From contig OY970166.1 in NCBI GenBank assembly GCA_963706595.1, positions 896,001 through 960,000 on the forward strand: a stretch of DNA of 64,000 nucleotides. Reading direction: 5' to 3'. Origin of the DNA: an uncultured cyanobacterium. Its GTDB lineage: Bacteria; Cyanobacteriota; Cyanobacteriia; Cyanobacteriales; Nostocaceae. A program made the position numbers and the translations under genes. Of the stretch, positions 11,626 through 22,055 are shown piece after piece. Position 1 is the stretch's first letter; every line of letters begins with the position of its first letter. Below the pieces are notes generated by a model. The model searched no databases, was not told the origin of the DNA, and was given only the letters and a program-made list of their open reading frames with translations.

Positions 11626-12498
11626 GTGCTAGGTTTTCTTAACTTAAACAAACCCTTTGACTGGACATCTCACGACTGCGTGGCGCGGGTGCGAAAACTC
11701 TTGCGCCTCAAACGTGTAGGACACGCCGGAACCTTAGACCCAGCCGCCACCGGAGTCTTACCCATCGCCCTGGGGAGAGCTACCAGATTATTACAATATC
11801 TGCCAGAAACCAAAGCCTATAAAGCCACCATCCGCTTAGGTGTGCGAACTACAACCGACGATTTGCAAGGTGAAATCATTACTTCTCAACCTTGTCCGGG
11901 ATTGAATTTTGCCGACGTGAAAACTGCAATGTCGCAATTTCAAGGTAAAATTGAGCAAATTCCTCCAATATACAGCGCCATTCAAGTAGATGGAAAACGC
12001 TTGTACGACTTAGCGCGTAAAGGCGAAATCGTGGAAGTACCTAAACGCACAGTAGAAATTTTTCACACAGAAATTTTAGATTGGCGAGACGGAGATTTTC
12101 CCGAATTAGATGTGGCGATCGCCTGTGGAAGTGGTACATATATTAGAGCGATCGCACGTGACTTAGGTGCAACCTTAGAAACTGGCGGAACCCTCGCCGC
12201 TTTAGTCCGTACAGCCAGTAGTGGTTTTAACCTCACAGATAGTCTCACCTTAAATGACTTAGAAATCCAATTACAAACAGAGACATTTCAACCTAGTATT
12301 CCTGATATCGCCTTGCAACATATACCATCTGTAACATTACCCGCCATCTCAGCCCAAAAATGGTGTCAGGGGCAAAAAATACCTCTTACCCTCGATTTAT
12401 CCGGTATAGTCAGAGTCTATGACCCAGAGACCTGCTTACTGGGAATAGGTAAACTACAGGACGGCGTGCTAATCCCAACCACAGTAATAAAAACTTAA
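11626..12498 (+). CDS. truB: tRNA pseudouridine(55) synthase
   Basis: [15 protein letters not shown] and [12 protein letters not shown]. Confidence 0.97.
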   Translation: MLGFLNLNKPFDWTSHDCVARVRKLLRLKRVGHAGTLDPAATGVLPIALGRATRLLQYLPETKAYKATIRLGVRTTTDDLQGEIITSQPCPGLNFADVKTAMSQFQGKIEQIPPIYSAIQVDGKRLYDLARKGEIVEVPKRTVEIFHTEILDWRDGDFPELDVAIACGSGTYIRAIARDLGATLETGGTLAALVRTASSGFNLTDSLTLNDLEIQLQTETFQPSIPDIALQHIPSVTLPAISAQKWCQGQKIPLTLDLSGIVRVYDPETCLLGIGKLQDGVLIPTTVIKT

Positions 12499-12598
12499 TT
12501 AACAAAGTTAACAAACTAACTATGCGTAAAACTCCAAAAGCTTCTAAGCTAATTGCATATATTTGACATGAATGCAATCAGGATTAGGAGTAGCTACT

Positions 12599-13303
12599 AT
12601 GCCCACAATTCATTTAGTCGATGGTGAAAAAGGTGGAGTAGGAAAATCCCTGCTCACCAGGACAATGATTCAGTATTGTCTTGACAAGAGAATACCCTTC
12701 GTACCCGTAGAAACTGATAGGTCTAATCCTGACGTAGCTGGCGTATACAAAGGAATATGTCAATATGCAGTATTTACTGAAGATGAACGTCATGCTGATA
12801 AAGCCGATAAAATCTTCGAGATGGCCATGTCTAAACCAGTAATCGTCAATTTGGCGGCGCAATCTCATAGAGCCGTCAAAGCTTGGATTGAGAAAAATCT
12901 ATTAATCGAATTGGGGCGTTCAGAGGGAGTAAGTTTTTGCAAATGGTTTGTGTCAACCGGAGGATATGACAGCCTGAACTTGTTTACTCAGTCAGTCAAT
13001 AGTTACGGTAATAATATTCCCCATATTTTAGTCAGAAACTTAGGACTTTGCGACGATTGGGAACACGTTGAATCTGATACATCCATTCAAAATTTAGTCA
13101 GACAACACAACATTAGAGTCATAGATTTTCCCAAATTGGCATACAAAGAAAGAAATATCATTGACCAACATCGCTTAACCTTTGCCGAAGCGCGAGAATA
13201 TAAAGAATTTGGGGTACTTGGTAAACAGCGAGTTGTCCAATTTCTCAAACTAGCTTATTCATCCTTTGAAAAAGTAGGTATTTGGTATGAAGAAGTAAAG
13301 TAA
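12599..13303 (+). CDS. ParA/MobD-like P-loop NTPase
   Basis: Deviant Walker A DGEKGGVGKS and ETDRSNPD; AGGAG RBS before ATG 12599. Confidence 0.75.
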   Translation: MPTIHLVDGEKGGVGKSLLTRTMIQYCLDKRIPFVPVETDRSNPDVAGVYKGICQYAVFTEDERHADKADKIFEMAMSKPVIVNLAAQSHRAVKAWIEKNLLIELGRSEGVSFCKWFVSTGGYDSLNLFTQSVNSYGNNIPHILVRNLGLCDDWEHVESDTSIQNLVRQHNIRVIDFPKLAYKERNIIDQHRLTFAEAREYKEFGVLGKQRVVQFLKLAYSSFEKVGIWYEEVK

Positions 13304-13374
13304 ATATTGCTCATGTAGAGACGCGATTTATCGCGTCTAAAAAATTATCGCGTCTAAAAGACTGTCTAAAAGAC

Positions 13375-13671
13375 TTACTCCCAAGTGGAAGCATCTCTTA
13401 GTACAGCCGGAATTTCCCCTTGTGATAAGGGAAACTCCAACAAAGTTTCTCTATAACCCAAATATCCCGACTCAGCGAAAGACAACAGCATTCGCGTCAG
13501 CGCCAGCCACACCTCTGGTTCATATTCCCAATCACGACCACGGGAAGCTCTACCAGCAATTGAACGTAGCGCCCAGAAATATGAATTTCTTACTACCGAG
13601 CCACCTTTTTTAAAGGCTGGTAAGTCCTCGTGGTTGACAAAAAGGATTGTATCTTGAATTCTGGCTCTCAT
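13375..13671 (-). CDS. Hypothetical protein
   Basis: 98 aa ORF with ATG start and protein-like composition. Confidence 0.6.
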   Translation of the reverse strand: MRARIQDTILFVNHEDLPAFKKGGSVVRNSYFWALRSIAGRASRGRDWEYEPEVWLALTRMLLSFAESGYLGYRETLLEFPLSQGEIPAVLRDASTWE

Positions 13672-13772
13672 TCAGCCATTATAATTCATTGGGGTTAAAT
13701 AACGGCATACCGATTTTACAGGCTACGGTGTACACAGAAGTCGAAAAAGCTTACCCACATTGGCTTGAACCT

Positions 13773-13853
13773 CGTAGGGTGCGTTATGGACGCTAGTCCT
13801 AACACACCGGGAATTGAAGATGGTGCGTTGCGCTACGCAACAACACACCCTAC
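13773..13853. repeat. REPIN-like pair of inverted GTAG-REPs
   Basis: GTAGGGTGCGTTATGG...TAACACACC...ACACACCCTAC; related copies at 34911-34945 and 45597-45675. Confidence 0.7.
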
Positions 13854-13877
13854 ACCTGAAGTCCTCACTACGAACCA

Positions 13878-15953
13878 TTAAAAGTTTGAGGTTAAACCCA
13901 CACGAAAAGTTAAGCCAGGACTGTAGATGCGATTAACTCGTTCATATTGTTCGCCGAGTAAATTCTCTAGATAAACTGTCAGTCCCAAATTACGGGTGAC
14001 AGGAATACGACCACTCAAATCTAAATTTAAGAAAGCAGGTGCAAAATCTCTATTTGTATCACCAGGAAAATTAAACAAGGCTCGGCGAGTGCCACTGTTA
14101 TAGGTAACATACAAATTAGCGTTCCAGCCTAAATTTTGATAACCTACACCAGCTTGAGCCACAGAATAAGGAATCAAACCTAATTGTAAACCTGCTTCTG
14201 TGCCTGTTTTGATTTGAGCATCTGTATAAGTATAGTTAAGAAAAGTTGACCAGCCATTGGCAATTTGTAATCGTAATGCGGCTTCTAAACCATTAGTATT
14301 TACTAACCCAATATTTTCCCATCTACCAGCGATAATTCCCAAACGATTATCTAAACTACTGCCGAAATAAGTAAACTGTCCAATCAAATTATTTGTCAGT
14401 TTGATATCTACTCCCGCAGTCCAAGATGAACCTGTTTCTGGGATTAAATCGGCGTTAGGTTCCCAACCGTGAACTGTATCATAAACATATAATTGATCTA
14501 ACCCAGGATTACGCTGTCCCCCAGCCCAACTTCCGCGCATTACTACTGTTGGTGAGAGAGCATAACGTAAGCCAGCACTAGGGTTGAGATAATTACCAAA
14601 CTGTCCATCAAAACTTTGTCTTAGCCCTAAATCTATCTGAAAATTATCGCTCAGGTTTAAAGTGTTCACAGCAAATAAAGCTGTATTTAACACGTCTCTA
14701 TTTTCAGTCTCATTATTAACAATTCTATCAGGTCTGGTACTAAAAGTATCTCCATTTAAATTAGTATTTTTCAAATCTAATCCCCAGCGTAACTGATAAC
14801 TGGGCGTTAACTTCCAAGCATGATCGACTCTAGCTGTAAGTTGTTGTGTATCTAAAACACCTCTACGGTTAAATTCTTGTCCTGCAAATGCAGTCGGACC
14901 ATAAGTGCTGAAGTAATCTTTGTTGTAACCGAGTGTGGTGGTGAGATTGGAACTTTCGCCTTCACCCAAGCGAGTTTTCCAAGATAAACCCACATTTAAA
15001 CCATCATGGTCTAATCTATCTCTTTGCAGTGGAAAACCGAAATAAATTAAGCCACGACGACTGCTGAGTGTTTTAACATCTAAATTTAAAGAGTTTTTAC
15101 TATCTAAATCTAGACCAATACTGCCAAAGTAAGCACTAGTAGCTGTGTCTGCATTTGATAAAAATCCTTCAGGATCACGATTGGCTGCACCAACGGGAAC
15201 GCGATAACGATTATCTATAAAATACCTTTCAAAGCTGAAATTATACCGAGCATCACTAACTGAGCCACCATAGCTTACTTGTTGATTATTTAAATTTAAT
15301 GAGCCAAATTCTGCACTACCGGTTAATCTTGGTTGACTATAACCTTCTTTGGTGATGATATTAACTACACCGCCAAAGGCTGATGAACCATACAAAGCAG
15401 AGGTGACACCACTATATAGTTCTACTCGTTCAATCGCCTCTACAGGAATGCTATTTAAATCTGTTCCACCATGATAAGTGTTGACATTATTATTAATTGG
15501 TCTGCCATTAATTAAAAATACAGACTGTTCAATTGAAGCTCCCCGATAGTATGTACCTGTGTGAATATCTGCACCATGTCCGACATTATTGATGGTGAAA
15601 CCAGGCATTCTTTTTAATACATCTGCTACACTTGTCGCCCCCTGTTGTTGAATTTCTTCTTTATCGATGACGTAAACAGGGGTAGACTCAGGCAAAGGGT
15701 CTTTTTCCCCGATGACTTCTATGGAAATATCTGCATCGTCGTTGGAATTTGATTCTATTTCTGGCTGAGTTTCTGGTGTTACTTCAATCGGTATAGATTC
15801 TTGAGTTAATAATTCAGCATTGGTAACAGGTAACTCAATTTCACTCAAGTTAAAAATAGTTGAATTTACCTGTTCTGCATCAGTAGCAAGTGCCGGTAAA
15901 GCCATTAATAAATTCGGTAAAGCAACTGGTAGGAGAAAAAAATACTTGTTCAC
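13878..15953 (-). CDS. TonB-dependent receptor (BtuB-like architecture, substrate unknown)
   Basis: Signal peptide, plug motif IERVELYSG..SALYGSSAFGGVVNIIT, C-terminal Phe. Confidence 0.93.
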   Translation of the reverse strand: MNKYFFLLPVALPNLLMALPALATDAEQVNSTIFNLSEIELPVTNAELLTQESIPIEVTPETQPEIESNSNDDADISIEVIGEKDPLPESTPVYVIDKEEIQQQGATSVADVLKRMPGFTINNVGHGADIHTGTYYRGASIEQSVFLINGRPINNNVNTYHGGTDLNSIPVEAIERVELYSGVTSALYGSSAFGGVVNIITKEGYSQPRLTGSAEFGSLNLNNQQVSYGGSVSDARYNFSFERYFIDNRYRVPVGAANRDPEGFLSNADTATSAYFGSIGLDLDSKNSLNLDVKTLSSRRGLIYFGFPLQRDRLDHDGLNVGLSWKTRLGEGESSNLTTTLGYNKDYFSTYGPTAFAGQEFNRRGVLDTQQLTARVDHAWKLTPSYQLRWGLDLKNTNLNGDTFSTRPDRIVNNETENRDVLNTALFAVNTLNLSDNFQIDLGLRQSFDGQFGNYLNPSAGLRYALSPTVVMRGSWAGGQRNPGLDQLYVYDTVHGWEPNADLIPETGSSWTAGVDIKLTNNLIGQFTYFGSSLDNRLGIIAGRWENIGLVNTNGLEAALRLQIANGWSTFLNYTYTDAQIKTGTEAGLQLGLIPYSVAQAGVGYQNLGWNANLYVTYNSGTRRALFNFPGDTNRDFAPAFLNLDLSGRIPVTRNLGLTVYLENLLGEQYERVNRIYSPGLTFRVGLTSNF

Positions 15954-16112
15954 TTTGTGTTCTTACATTTAGTAAAAATTACTCAGTAGTATTTTTGCTC
16001 CTACAGTAAAACTATGTCAAAAGACATCCTGTCATAGTTCCTTTGATTTTCACTTTTAACGAAAAGAGATAGAGAGGACTTAAGTCCTCACTACGAACTA
16101 TGACAAATTTGA

Positions 16113-17219
16113 CTAAGCAACTTTTGAGGGGTTGAGGAAGGAATAGTCAATATAGCCCTTCTCGTCGCCTCCGTAGAAGCTGCTGCGGTCAGGTTCATTC
16201 AAGGCTGTATCTAGGCGAAAACGTTCTAGTAAGTCTGGATTGGCTATATATAATGTGCCGAAAGAAACCAAGTCAGCATTACCAGAGGCGATCGCACTAT
16301 TAGCTTTTTCTTTGTCATAACCACCATTGGTAATCAGTGTTCCCTGATAAATAGCCCGGAAGTAATCAACTGGAATCGCTGTACCACCATGCCGGATATC
16401 TGCTGGTGTGGGTTCCATTACGTGAATATACCCTAGCCCAAATTGGTTGAGTGCATCAATCACATAGCTAAATGTGGCTTTGGGATTTGAGTCACGGATA
16501 TCGTTATAAGTGTTGCTGGGCGAAAGCTTAATTCCCACACGATTGCCACCCCAAACGCTACATACAGCGTCGGTAACTTCCAGGAGGAAGCGGGCGCGAT
16601 TTTCGATAGATCCACCATAGCGATCGCCTCGTTGATTTGCACCATCTTGAAGAAACTGATCGAGCAAATATCCAAAGGCTCCATGAATCTCCACACCATC
16701 AAAGCCCGCAGCTAGGGCATTTTTGGCTCCCTGGCGAAATTGGTCAACTACATCGGCAATTTCCTCTGTTTCTAAAGCACGAGGGGTAACAAAGGGTTGA
16801 GAACCAGTATAAGTCATGGCATCACCTACAGGTGCGATCGCCGAAGGAGCCACTGGTAACGCACCATCTGGTTGCAAAGAAGGGTGAGAAATTCGTCCTA
16901 CGTGCCACAGTTGCAAAAATATCCGCCCACCTAAATTATGTACAGCATCTGTTACCTGCCGCCATCCCTCAATCTGTTCTGGGGAATGAATCCCAGGCGT
17001 TGCGGGATAGCCCACGCCTTGGGGTGATACTTGTGTCGCTTCACTCACAATCAATCCCGCCGTGGCTCGTTGAGCGTAATACTTGGCATTGATTGCTGTA
17101 GGAACGTTCCCATCTCCGGCACGATTGCGAGTCATTGGAGCCATCACAATGCGATTGGGCAGTGTGTAGGGGCCTAGTTGGACGGAAGCGAATAAATCGG
17201 TGCTAGTTAGATTAGTCAT
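16113..17219 (-). CDS. Old yellow enzyme / alkene reductase (NemA-like)
   Basis: NRIVMAPMTR, QLWHVGR, GFDGVEIHGAFGYLLDQF. Confidence 0.95.
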   Translation of the reverse strand: MTNLTSTDLFASVQLGPYTLPNRIVMAPMTRNRAGDGNVPTAINAKYYAQRATAGLIVSEATQVSPQGVGYPATPGIHSPEQIEGWRQVTDAVHNLGGRIFLQLWHVGRISHPSLQPDGALPVAPSAIAPVGDAMTYTGSQPFVTPRALETEEIADVVDQFRQGAKNALAAGFDGVEIHGAFGYLLDQFLQDGANQRGDRYGGSIENRARFLLEVTDAVCSVWGGNRVGIKLSPSNTYNDIRDSNPKATFSYVIDALNQFGLGYIHVMEPTPADIRHGGTAIPVDYFRAIYQGTLITNGGYDKEKANSAIASGNADLVSFGTLYIANPDLLERFRLDTALNEPDRSSFYGGDEKGYIDYSFLNPSKVA

Positions 17220-17261
17220 GACAGTATTTAATGTTGATGGGTAGTATGAAAAAACTGGCGA

Positions 17262-18739
17262 TTACAAAGAAAGACCAAGTGCTTCAGCAACACCTTTACC
17301 GTAAGCTGGATCGGCTTTGGCAAATAGGGCTAGTTGGCGTTCGATAATAAATTTCGGGACATCTTCTAAAGAAGCGGCAATGTTGGTAAATAGCCTTTCT
17401 TGTTGATCTGGGGATAGTAAGCGGAACAATTCACCAGCTTGGGTGTAATCATCAGTGCCATCACGATAGTCATAGCGATCGCCAAAGGCGGGGCTTTGCC
17501 CATCGCCATCACCAGAAATTTTCACAGGTGGTTCTGTATACTGCGAATCTGCCACAGGTCCATTAAAGCTATTGGGTTCGTAGTTCACAGAACCTTTGCC
17601 GTTATCGTCGTGGCGCATTAAGCCATCTCGATGATAGGTGTGTGCCTTGGTTGCATGGGGACAGTTGACGGGGAGACTTTCATAATTCACACCCAAACGA
17701 TAGCGATGGGCATCGGGATAAGATATAATCCGCGCCTGAAGCATTTTATCTGGACTCAAAGAAATTCCTGGCACGACATTTGAGGGAGCAAAGGCAGACT
17801 GTTCCATTTCCGCAAAGTAATTTTCGGGATTGCGGTTTAGTTCCAGAATCCCCACCTCGATTAACGGATAATCTTTGTGAGGCCAGACTTTAGTTAAATC
17901 AAAAGGATTGTAAGGAGTTTTTTCGGCATCGGCTTCTGGCATAATCTGTACCATAAAGCGCCATTGCGGATAATCACCCCATTCGATGGCGTAGAATAAA
18001 TCACGCTGGGCGCTTTCGCGGTCTTCACCGACAACTTGGGTTGCTTCTTCGTTGGTGAAATTCTGAATGCCCTGTTTGGTTTTAAAATGAAATTTCACCC
18101 AAAAGCGTTCATTGGCGGCATTGATGAAGCTGTAAGTATGACTACCGTAACCATTCATGTAACGATGACTTTGGGGTAAACCGCGATCGCTAAATAAAAT
18201 TGTGACTTGATGCAAACTTTCCGGTGTTAGTGACCAAAAATCCCACATAGCAGTAGGATTACGTAGATTAGTTTTGGGATCGCGTTTTTGGGTGTGGATA
18301 AAATCACTAAATTTTAATGGATCGCGGACAAAGAACACGGGTGTATTATTACCTACCATGTCCCAATTACCTTCTGCGGTGTAGAACTTGACAGCAAAGC
18401 CCCGCACATCTCGTTCAGCATCAGCAGCCCCCCGTTCACCCGCAACTGTGGAAAAACGGGCTAGTATCTCAGTTTGCTGCCCTATTTGGGAGAAGAGTTT
18501 GGCTTTTGTATATTGGGTGATGTCATTTGTGACTGTGAATGTACCATAAGCACCTGTACCTTTGGCATGAACGACTCTTTCAGGAATTCTTTCCCGATTA
18601 AAGTGCGCCATTTTCTCTATCAGGTGAAAGTCTTGCATTAATAGGGTTCGCGCTGTCCCGCCGTCAAGGAGTTTTGGTTATCACTGACGGGTATTCCAGC
18701 ATCAGTGGTGAGAATTTTTTTCTCGGATTCGGGATTCAT
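17262..18739 (-). pseudogene. Monofunctional small-subunit heme catalase, frameshifted after about 33 codons
   Basis: Main ORF 17262-18638 has [20 protein letters not shown] and [12 protein letters not shown]. Its N-terminal arm ([30 protein letters not shown]) starts at 18739 in another frame and stops at a TAATG overlap. Confidence 0.85.
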
Positions 18740-19011
18740 GGTTTTGTGTGGGTGAATTTTTTTTAAACGTTCGCGTAGCGTGCGCGCAGCGCATACCGCA
18801 GAGGCGCAGAGGACGCAGAGAGTTAAGAATGGGATGATTTGTATTGGGGAGGAAGGGGGATAATTTTAGGAGTTTCCAGAAAATAAATTGCCCCATTTCA
18901 TCAGACCATATTTGTTCTTTATCCCCCCTGCTCCCTGCTCCCTGCTCCCCTGCCTACGTCACCAATGGAATATTTTTTAATTGGAAGTCCCTTAGATGGG
19001 GATTCCAGTTT

Positions 19012-19659
19012 TTATTGCTTTGCTAGATAGTCTAAATGGGCGGCTATGTAGCCAAAGTTGGGCAGACGATTCATGTAAAGTCCGCCAATTGCTGCTGCTG
19101 TGGGTTTGGTCCAATCTGCCTGGAGTTCTGCTAGTACCATGTTGGTGTTAGCAATTTTTACCCCAGCTTGACTCATGCGGAACATTGACGCATACATGGC
19201 GTGTTGGTTGACTGTGCCTGAAGCATCCATGACGGCATAAACGTCAAAACCTGCACCGACTGCGCTGATGGCGGGAAAGGTTAGGCATACATCGGCTGTG
19301 ACTCCGGCCATAATCAGTTTTTGGCGGTTGGTTTTCTTGACTGCATCCACAAATGCGGGGTCATTCCAAGCGTTAATGATTACGCGGTTAATAATTGGTG
19401 CGTCGGGTAAGGTAGCAATTAATTCTGGAAATAGCGGACCGTTAGCACCATTAGGATTGCTAGTTGTGAGAATGGTGGGTAAATTAAATACTTGAGCGGC
19501 TTCTGCTAACCAAAGGGTATTATTTTTTAAGTTAACTGCATCAATGTCGGTGAGTCCAAATGCCATTGTGCCGACTTGATGATCAATTAACAACATGGCA
19601 GCATTATCAGGGGTGAGTTGCTCAAACAAAACCTTGTTGTCAATGGCAATATTGGTCAT
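19012..19659 (-). CDS. Isochorismatase-like hydrolase (YcaC type)
   Basis: LLIDHQVG, INAWND, AGVTADVC, DASGT. Confidence 0.9.
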   Translation of the reverse strand: MTNIAIDNKVLFEQLTPDNAAMLLIDHQVGTMAFGLTDIDAVNLKNNTLWLAEAAQVFNLPTILTTSNPNGANGPLFPELIATLPDAPIINRVIINAWNDPAFVDAVKKTNRQKLIMAGVTADVCLTFPAISAVGAGFDVYAVMDASGTVNQHAMYASMFRMSQAGVKIANTNMVLAELQADWTKPTAAAIGGLYMNRLPNFGYIAAHLDYLAKQ

Positions 19660-19758
19660 ACGATTTTAGATTTTAGATTTTAGATTTTGGATTTACCCCA
19701 CAGATAAATATCGGGACTTGTACCATTACAAAGTCATGCTTTTCTGTGGGTAGATTGT

Positions 19759-20310
19759 TCAGTTTGCTTTCAGTACTTCCAAAAGTGTCTTGAGTAGGTT
19801 CTGAAAATTGCAGGCATTTTCGTAGCGATAACCATTAATAAAAAATGCAGGTGTATCAGTGACACCGTTATGCACGCCGCTTTGCCAGTCTTGATTTACC
19901 CGGTCAGCATAGGCATGATTTGTCATATCCCGGAGAAATTTGGGAATATTCAGTCTTAATTGCTGGGCGTACTCTACTAAGTAACCATTATTTAGTTCGT
20001 TTTGGCACTTAAATAAAGTTTCGTGCATTTGCCAGAATTTACCCTGATAGCCTGCTATTTCAGCAGCTTCGGCGGCTTTTTGTGATTGGGGATAAATTTG
20101 AGCTTGGGGAAAATGACGGTATACAAAACAAATTTTGTTACCAAGTTCTTGCTGAATTTTTGGGATTATCCTGTGAGCTTCTCCACTATGAGGGCATTGA
20201 TAATTGCCATACTTAACCAGCACTATAGGCGCATCTATGGTTCCTTGAGTGCGGCGATCACACTCAGAAATTTGCACGCTCAACCTGTTATGATCATTTG
20301 TCTGGCTCAT
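19759..20310 (-). CDS. DsbA/thioredoxin-fold protein with CxxS motif
   Basis: YGNYQCPHS, VYRHFP, GVTDTPAFFING. Confidence 0.85.
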   Translation of the reverse strand: MSQTNDHNRLSVQISECDRRTQGTIDAPIVLVKYGNYQCPHSGEAHRIIPKIQQELGNKICFVYRHFPQAQIYPQSQKAAEAAEIAGYQGKFWQMHETLFKCQNELNNGYLVEYAQQLRLNIPKFLRDMTNHAYADRVNQDWQSGVHNGVTDTPAFFINGYRYENACNFQNLLKTLLEVLKAN

Positions 20311-20626
20311 GAAAAACCTTAGTGAAAGACAACGCTTAAAAGTCTGTGAAAATCAGTCCACAGGTTCAGCATCGTCTAGGGTTTAATATATAAAATTAGT
20401 AAAAGTTTGTCCCTATGCCAAGGTTGAAGTTTTTAGCATATATAAAGGTGAAGCATAATTTGACCAGGAGAGTAGGAGATTACCCTAACTTGAGGCTAGG
20501 TTTAATCCGTAGTTCGTAATTAAGAAACTTTAAAGGCTTTTGAACTGATGGATGTAATATTATTAATTCGTAATGCTTACAGTTTGGGCAATTTATCGCT
20601 ATCCCATAGTCAAAAAGATTACAACT

Positions 20627-20718
20627 CAGAACTTACGCAAAATCATGAAAAAACGAACCGCAAAGGACACAAAGAACACAAAGAAAAGAAGGTTTCAGGA
20701 GTTATTGCGTAAGTCCTA
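20627..20718. mobile_element. Short MITE-like element (AGAACTTACGCA...TGCGTAAGTCCT) flanked by ACAACT repeats
   Basis: Same terminal repeat family as 8702-8890; ACAACT on both sides. Confidence 0.6.
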
Positions 20719-20765
20719 CAACTAAACCAGAATTTAACAACCATCCTCTAACCCCAGAAGGAAGC

Positions 20766-20993
20766 ATGACTCAAAAGACCTATCAACTACCTCTGACCTT
20801 TGAACAAATTCTTAATCTTGTACTACAACTTCCAGTACCAGAACAAGAAAAACTCATTCAAGAAATAAAGAAAAAATCTCCAACAAATAAAAATGAAGAT
20901 TTACTGAGTGTTTTTGACAGAATCGGCAGAAATGCTCAAGCTAAAGGATTAACAGCAGAAATTCTAGAAGAATTACTTGCCGATGAATCATAA
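20766..20993 (+). CDS. Putative antitoxin
   Basis: C-terminal AQAKGLTAEILEELLADE; overlaps the PIN gene. Confidence 0.75.
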   Translation: MTQKTYQLPLTFEQILNLVLQLPVPEQEKLIQEIKKKSPTNKNEDLLSVFDRIGRNAQAKGLTAEILEELLADES

Positions 20994-21399
20994 ACTAATT
21001 GTCATTGACACAAATGTTTTACTTAGTGCTACCCTGAGTCCAGAAGGAACAGCCCGTAAAGCCTTAGATAAAGCCTATCAAAAATTCAAACTAGCTCAAA
21101 GTGATGCAACTTATCAAGAATTAAAGACACGAATTTACAAACGTAAGTTCGATAAATATATCTCAGATGAAGACCGACAAGATTTTTTGAATATAGTAAA
21201 AAAATACAGTCAATTTATAAAAATAAAATCTCAGGTAAACACCTGTAGAGATCCAGACGATAACAAATTTTTAGAACTATTTAAAGATTCCAATGCAGAG
21301 TTTCTGATTACAGGAGATCAAGACCTTTTATCACTCAAAACCTTGGCTGAATATCAAAACCAGATCATTACTCCCAGAGACTTTGTAGACGTGGATTAG
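20983..21399 (+). CDS. PIN-domain toxin (VapC-like)
   Basis: VIDTNVLLS, CRDPDDNKFLEL, ITGDQDLL. Confidence 0.9.
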   Translation: MNHKLIVIDTNVLLSATLSPEGTARKALDKAYQKFKLAQSDATYQELKTRIYKRKFDKYISDEDRQDFLNIVKKYSQFIKIKSQVNTCRDPDDNKFLELFKDSNAEFLITGDQDLLSLKTLAEYQNQIITPRDFVDVD

Positions 21400-21422
21400 C
21401 GTGAACAAGTTTCTGAGGATTT

Positions 21423-22055
21423 CTACTGAAGGCTAACAATTCCTCGCTTTAAGGCTGTAATTACTGCCTGAATGCGATCGCTTACTCCCAATTTACTGTA
21501 AATATTATTAACATGGTACTTGACAGTTCCCTCTGATATCTGCAATGCAAAACCAATTTCTTGATTGCTTTTACCAGTCGTAATCAGTCGCATGACTTCT
21601 AATTCTCTTTTGCTCAGTTGCAGACTACCAACTCGCTCTGCTAGTTTACTGCCGACGGAAGCGGGAATATATTTTTTGCCAGAGTTAACAATCCGAATGG
21701 CTGCTAGTAGTTCGTCAGGTTCGGCATCTTTGAGTAAATAGCCTTTAGCCCCAGCTTTTAATCCCCGATAGATATCTTCGTCACCGTCGTAGGTAGTCAG
21801 CACAATAATTTGGGCGTTGGTAAACTCCGCATCAATGGCAGTAATGGCAGCAACACCATCCATTTTTGGCATTCGTAAATCCATTAAAGTCACATCAGGT
21901 TGATGTTGGCGAAATGCTAAAACTGCCTCATGTCCGTTATCCACCAGGGCGACAACTACCATATCTGATTCCCTGTTAATCATCGCCGCTAAACCCTGGC
22001 GGACTACAGGATGATCATCAACAATTAAGATGCGAATCGAGATTTTTTGCGTCAT
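21423..22055 (-). CDS. NarL/FixJ family response regulator
   Basis: REC (VDDH, LMDLRMP) plus LuxR HTH (LSKRELEV...GTVKYHV). Confidence 0.95.
   Translation of the reverse strand: MTQKISIRILIVDDHPVVRQGLAAMINRESDMVVVALVDNGHEAVLAFRQHQPDVTLMDLRMPKMDGVAAITAIDAEFTNAQIIVLTTYDGDEDIYRGLKAGAKGYLLKDAEPDELLAAIRIVNSGKKYIPASVGSKLAERVGSLQLSKRELEVMRLITTGKSNQEIGFALQISEGTVKYHVNNIYSKLGVSDRIQAVITALKRGIVSLQ

Noticed and set aside
15954..16112. Cobalamin riboswitch upstream of the BtuB-like receptor
   Set aside because: The region is short and AT-rich and no B12-box-like motif is visible
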